From the NCBI RefSeq assembly GCF_009914755.1, contig NC_060931.1: 64,000 bases of DNA. One strand, written 5' to 3'. A program made the position numbers and the translations under genes. Under the pieces are notes generated by a model, which was not told the origin of the DNA, made no database searches, and saw nothing but the letters and a program-made list of their open reading frames with translations. This document shows, piece after piece, positions 63,340-64,000 of this stretch. Each line of letters starts with the position of its first letter. Position 1 is the stretch's first letter. The stretch is from the human T2T-CHM13v2.0 reference genome, Homo sapiens.

Positions 63340-64000
63340 AAAAGCGCTATCTTGTCCATGTCTATATTCCAGTGTCTGAAATAGTTCCTACCACATGAAA
63401 TCTGTTCAAATATTGCCTCAATATTTGTTGATAAATGCAATATGCTTTATAGCAGGGAACATTTTTCCCTGAATGTAAATTATTACAAAATGTTAACAGG
63501 AAACTTTTTGAAGATATAGTCCAGGTCAGACACTGAACTAAGTGCTTTTCAGAAATTATTTTATGTATCTTCCCACCATCTCACTGAAGCAAATATTAAT
63601 CACTTTATTGATGAAGATACAGCAATTTAGAAAGGACAAAGAAGAGTAGATCTTTACTGCAGATAGGGTCCTAAGATAGAAAACTGAAAATGGAAAAGTC
63701 AAACAAAGGAAGACAGGGGACAACGGAGGAGGGGAGAGATTGCCACAGTGCTGGGAAAAAAAAAAAAATTACACCCTGGTTTCATCCCACTTTTTGACTT
63801 ATGTATTCCAGCATTTTCACATGTTGAGTTTTCTCTTTTCATTCTCAAATGAAATGAAAAACAACCAATCTTAAGTACTCAATATCAAGGATTTTCTATT
63901 TGCAGGATACTTCATGATCTTGATCTCAGTTGTACCACATTCAAAATATATGCTTATCACTGACAATTTTTAATTATTATAAAACAAAAGCACAACAAAT

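Overview
Primate, very probably human, non-coding genomic DNA dominated by transposable elements. I cannot support any intact cellular protein-coding exon and cannot name a host gene. Main contents: (1) a 6.27-kb HERV-H provirus (9277-15548, +) with two 450-bp LTR7 copies, a tRNA-His PBS and a 5-bp TSD. It sits inside an old L1MA and itself carries a nearly unmutated AluY (Yc-like). (2) A full-length L1PA5-like LINE-1 (26881-33018, +) with dead ORF1/ORF2 but an intact, extended antisense ORF0. (3) A RELA (NF-kB p65) processed-pseudogene fragment (42337-43450, +) covering the transactivation domain and 3' UTR. (4) Solo LTRs (LTR12F, THE1, MST, MLT1, LTR16/33), about a dozen Alus, and MIR, L2, MER and older L1 fragments, including a twin-primed L1MA and an internally deleted L1MA. 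The most interesting signals are complementary mutations in the two LTR7s (the 5' copy keeps the SOX motif and lost the poly(A) signal; the 3' copy is the reverse), the young Alu inside HERV-H, the read-through ORF0 with a candidate downstream exon, and apparently ancestral residues in the RELA retrocopy. Subfamily calls and comparisons with RELA come from remembered consensus sequences, not from a database search.
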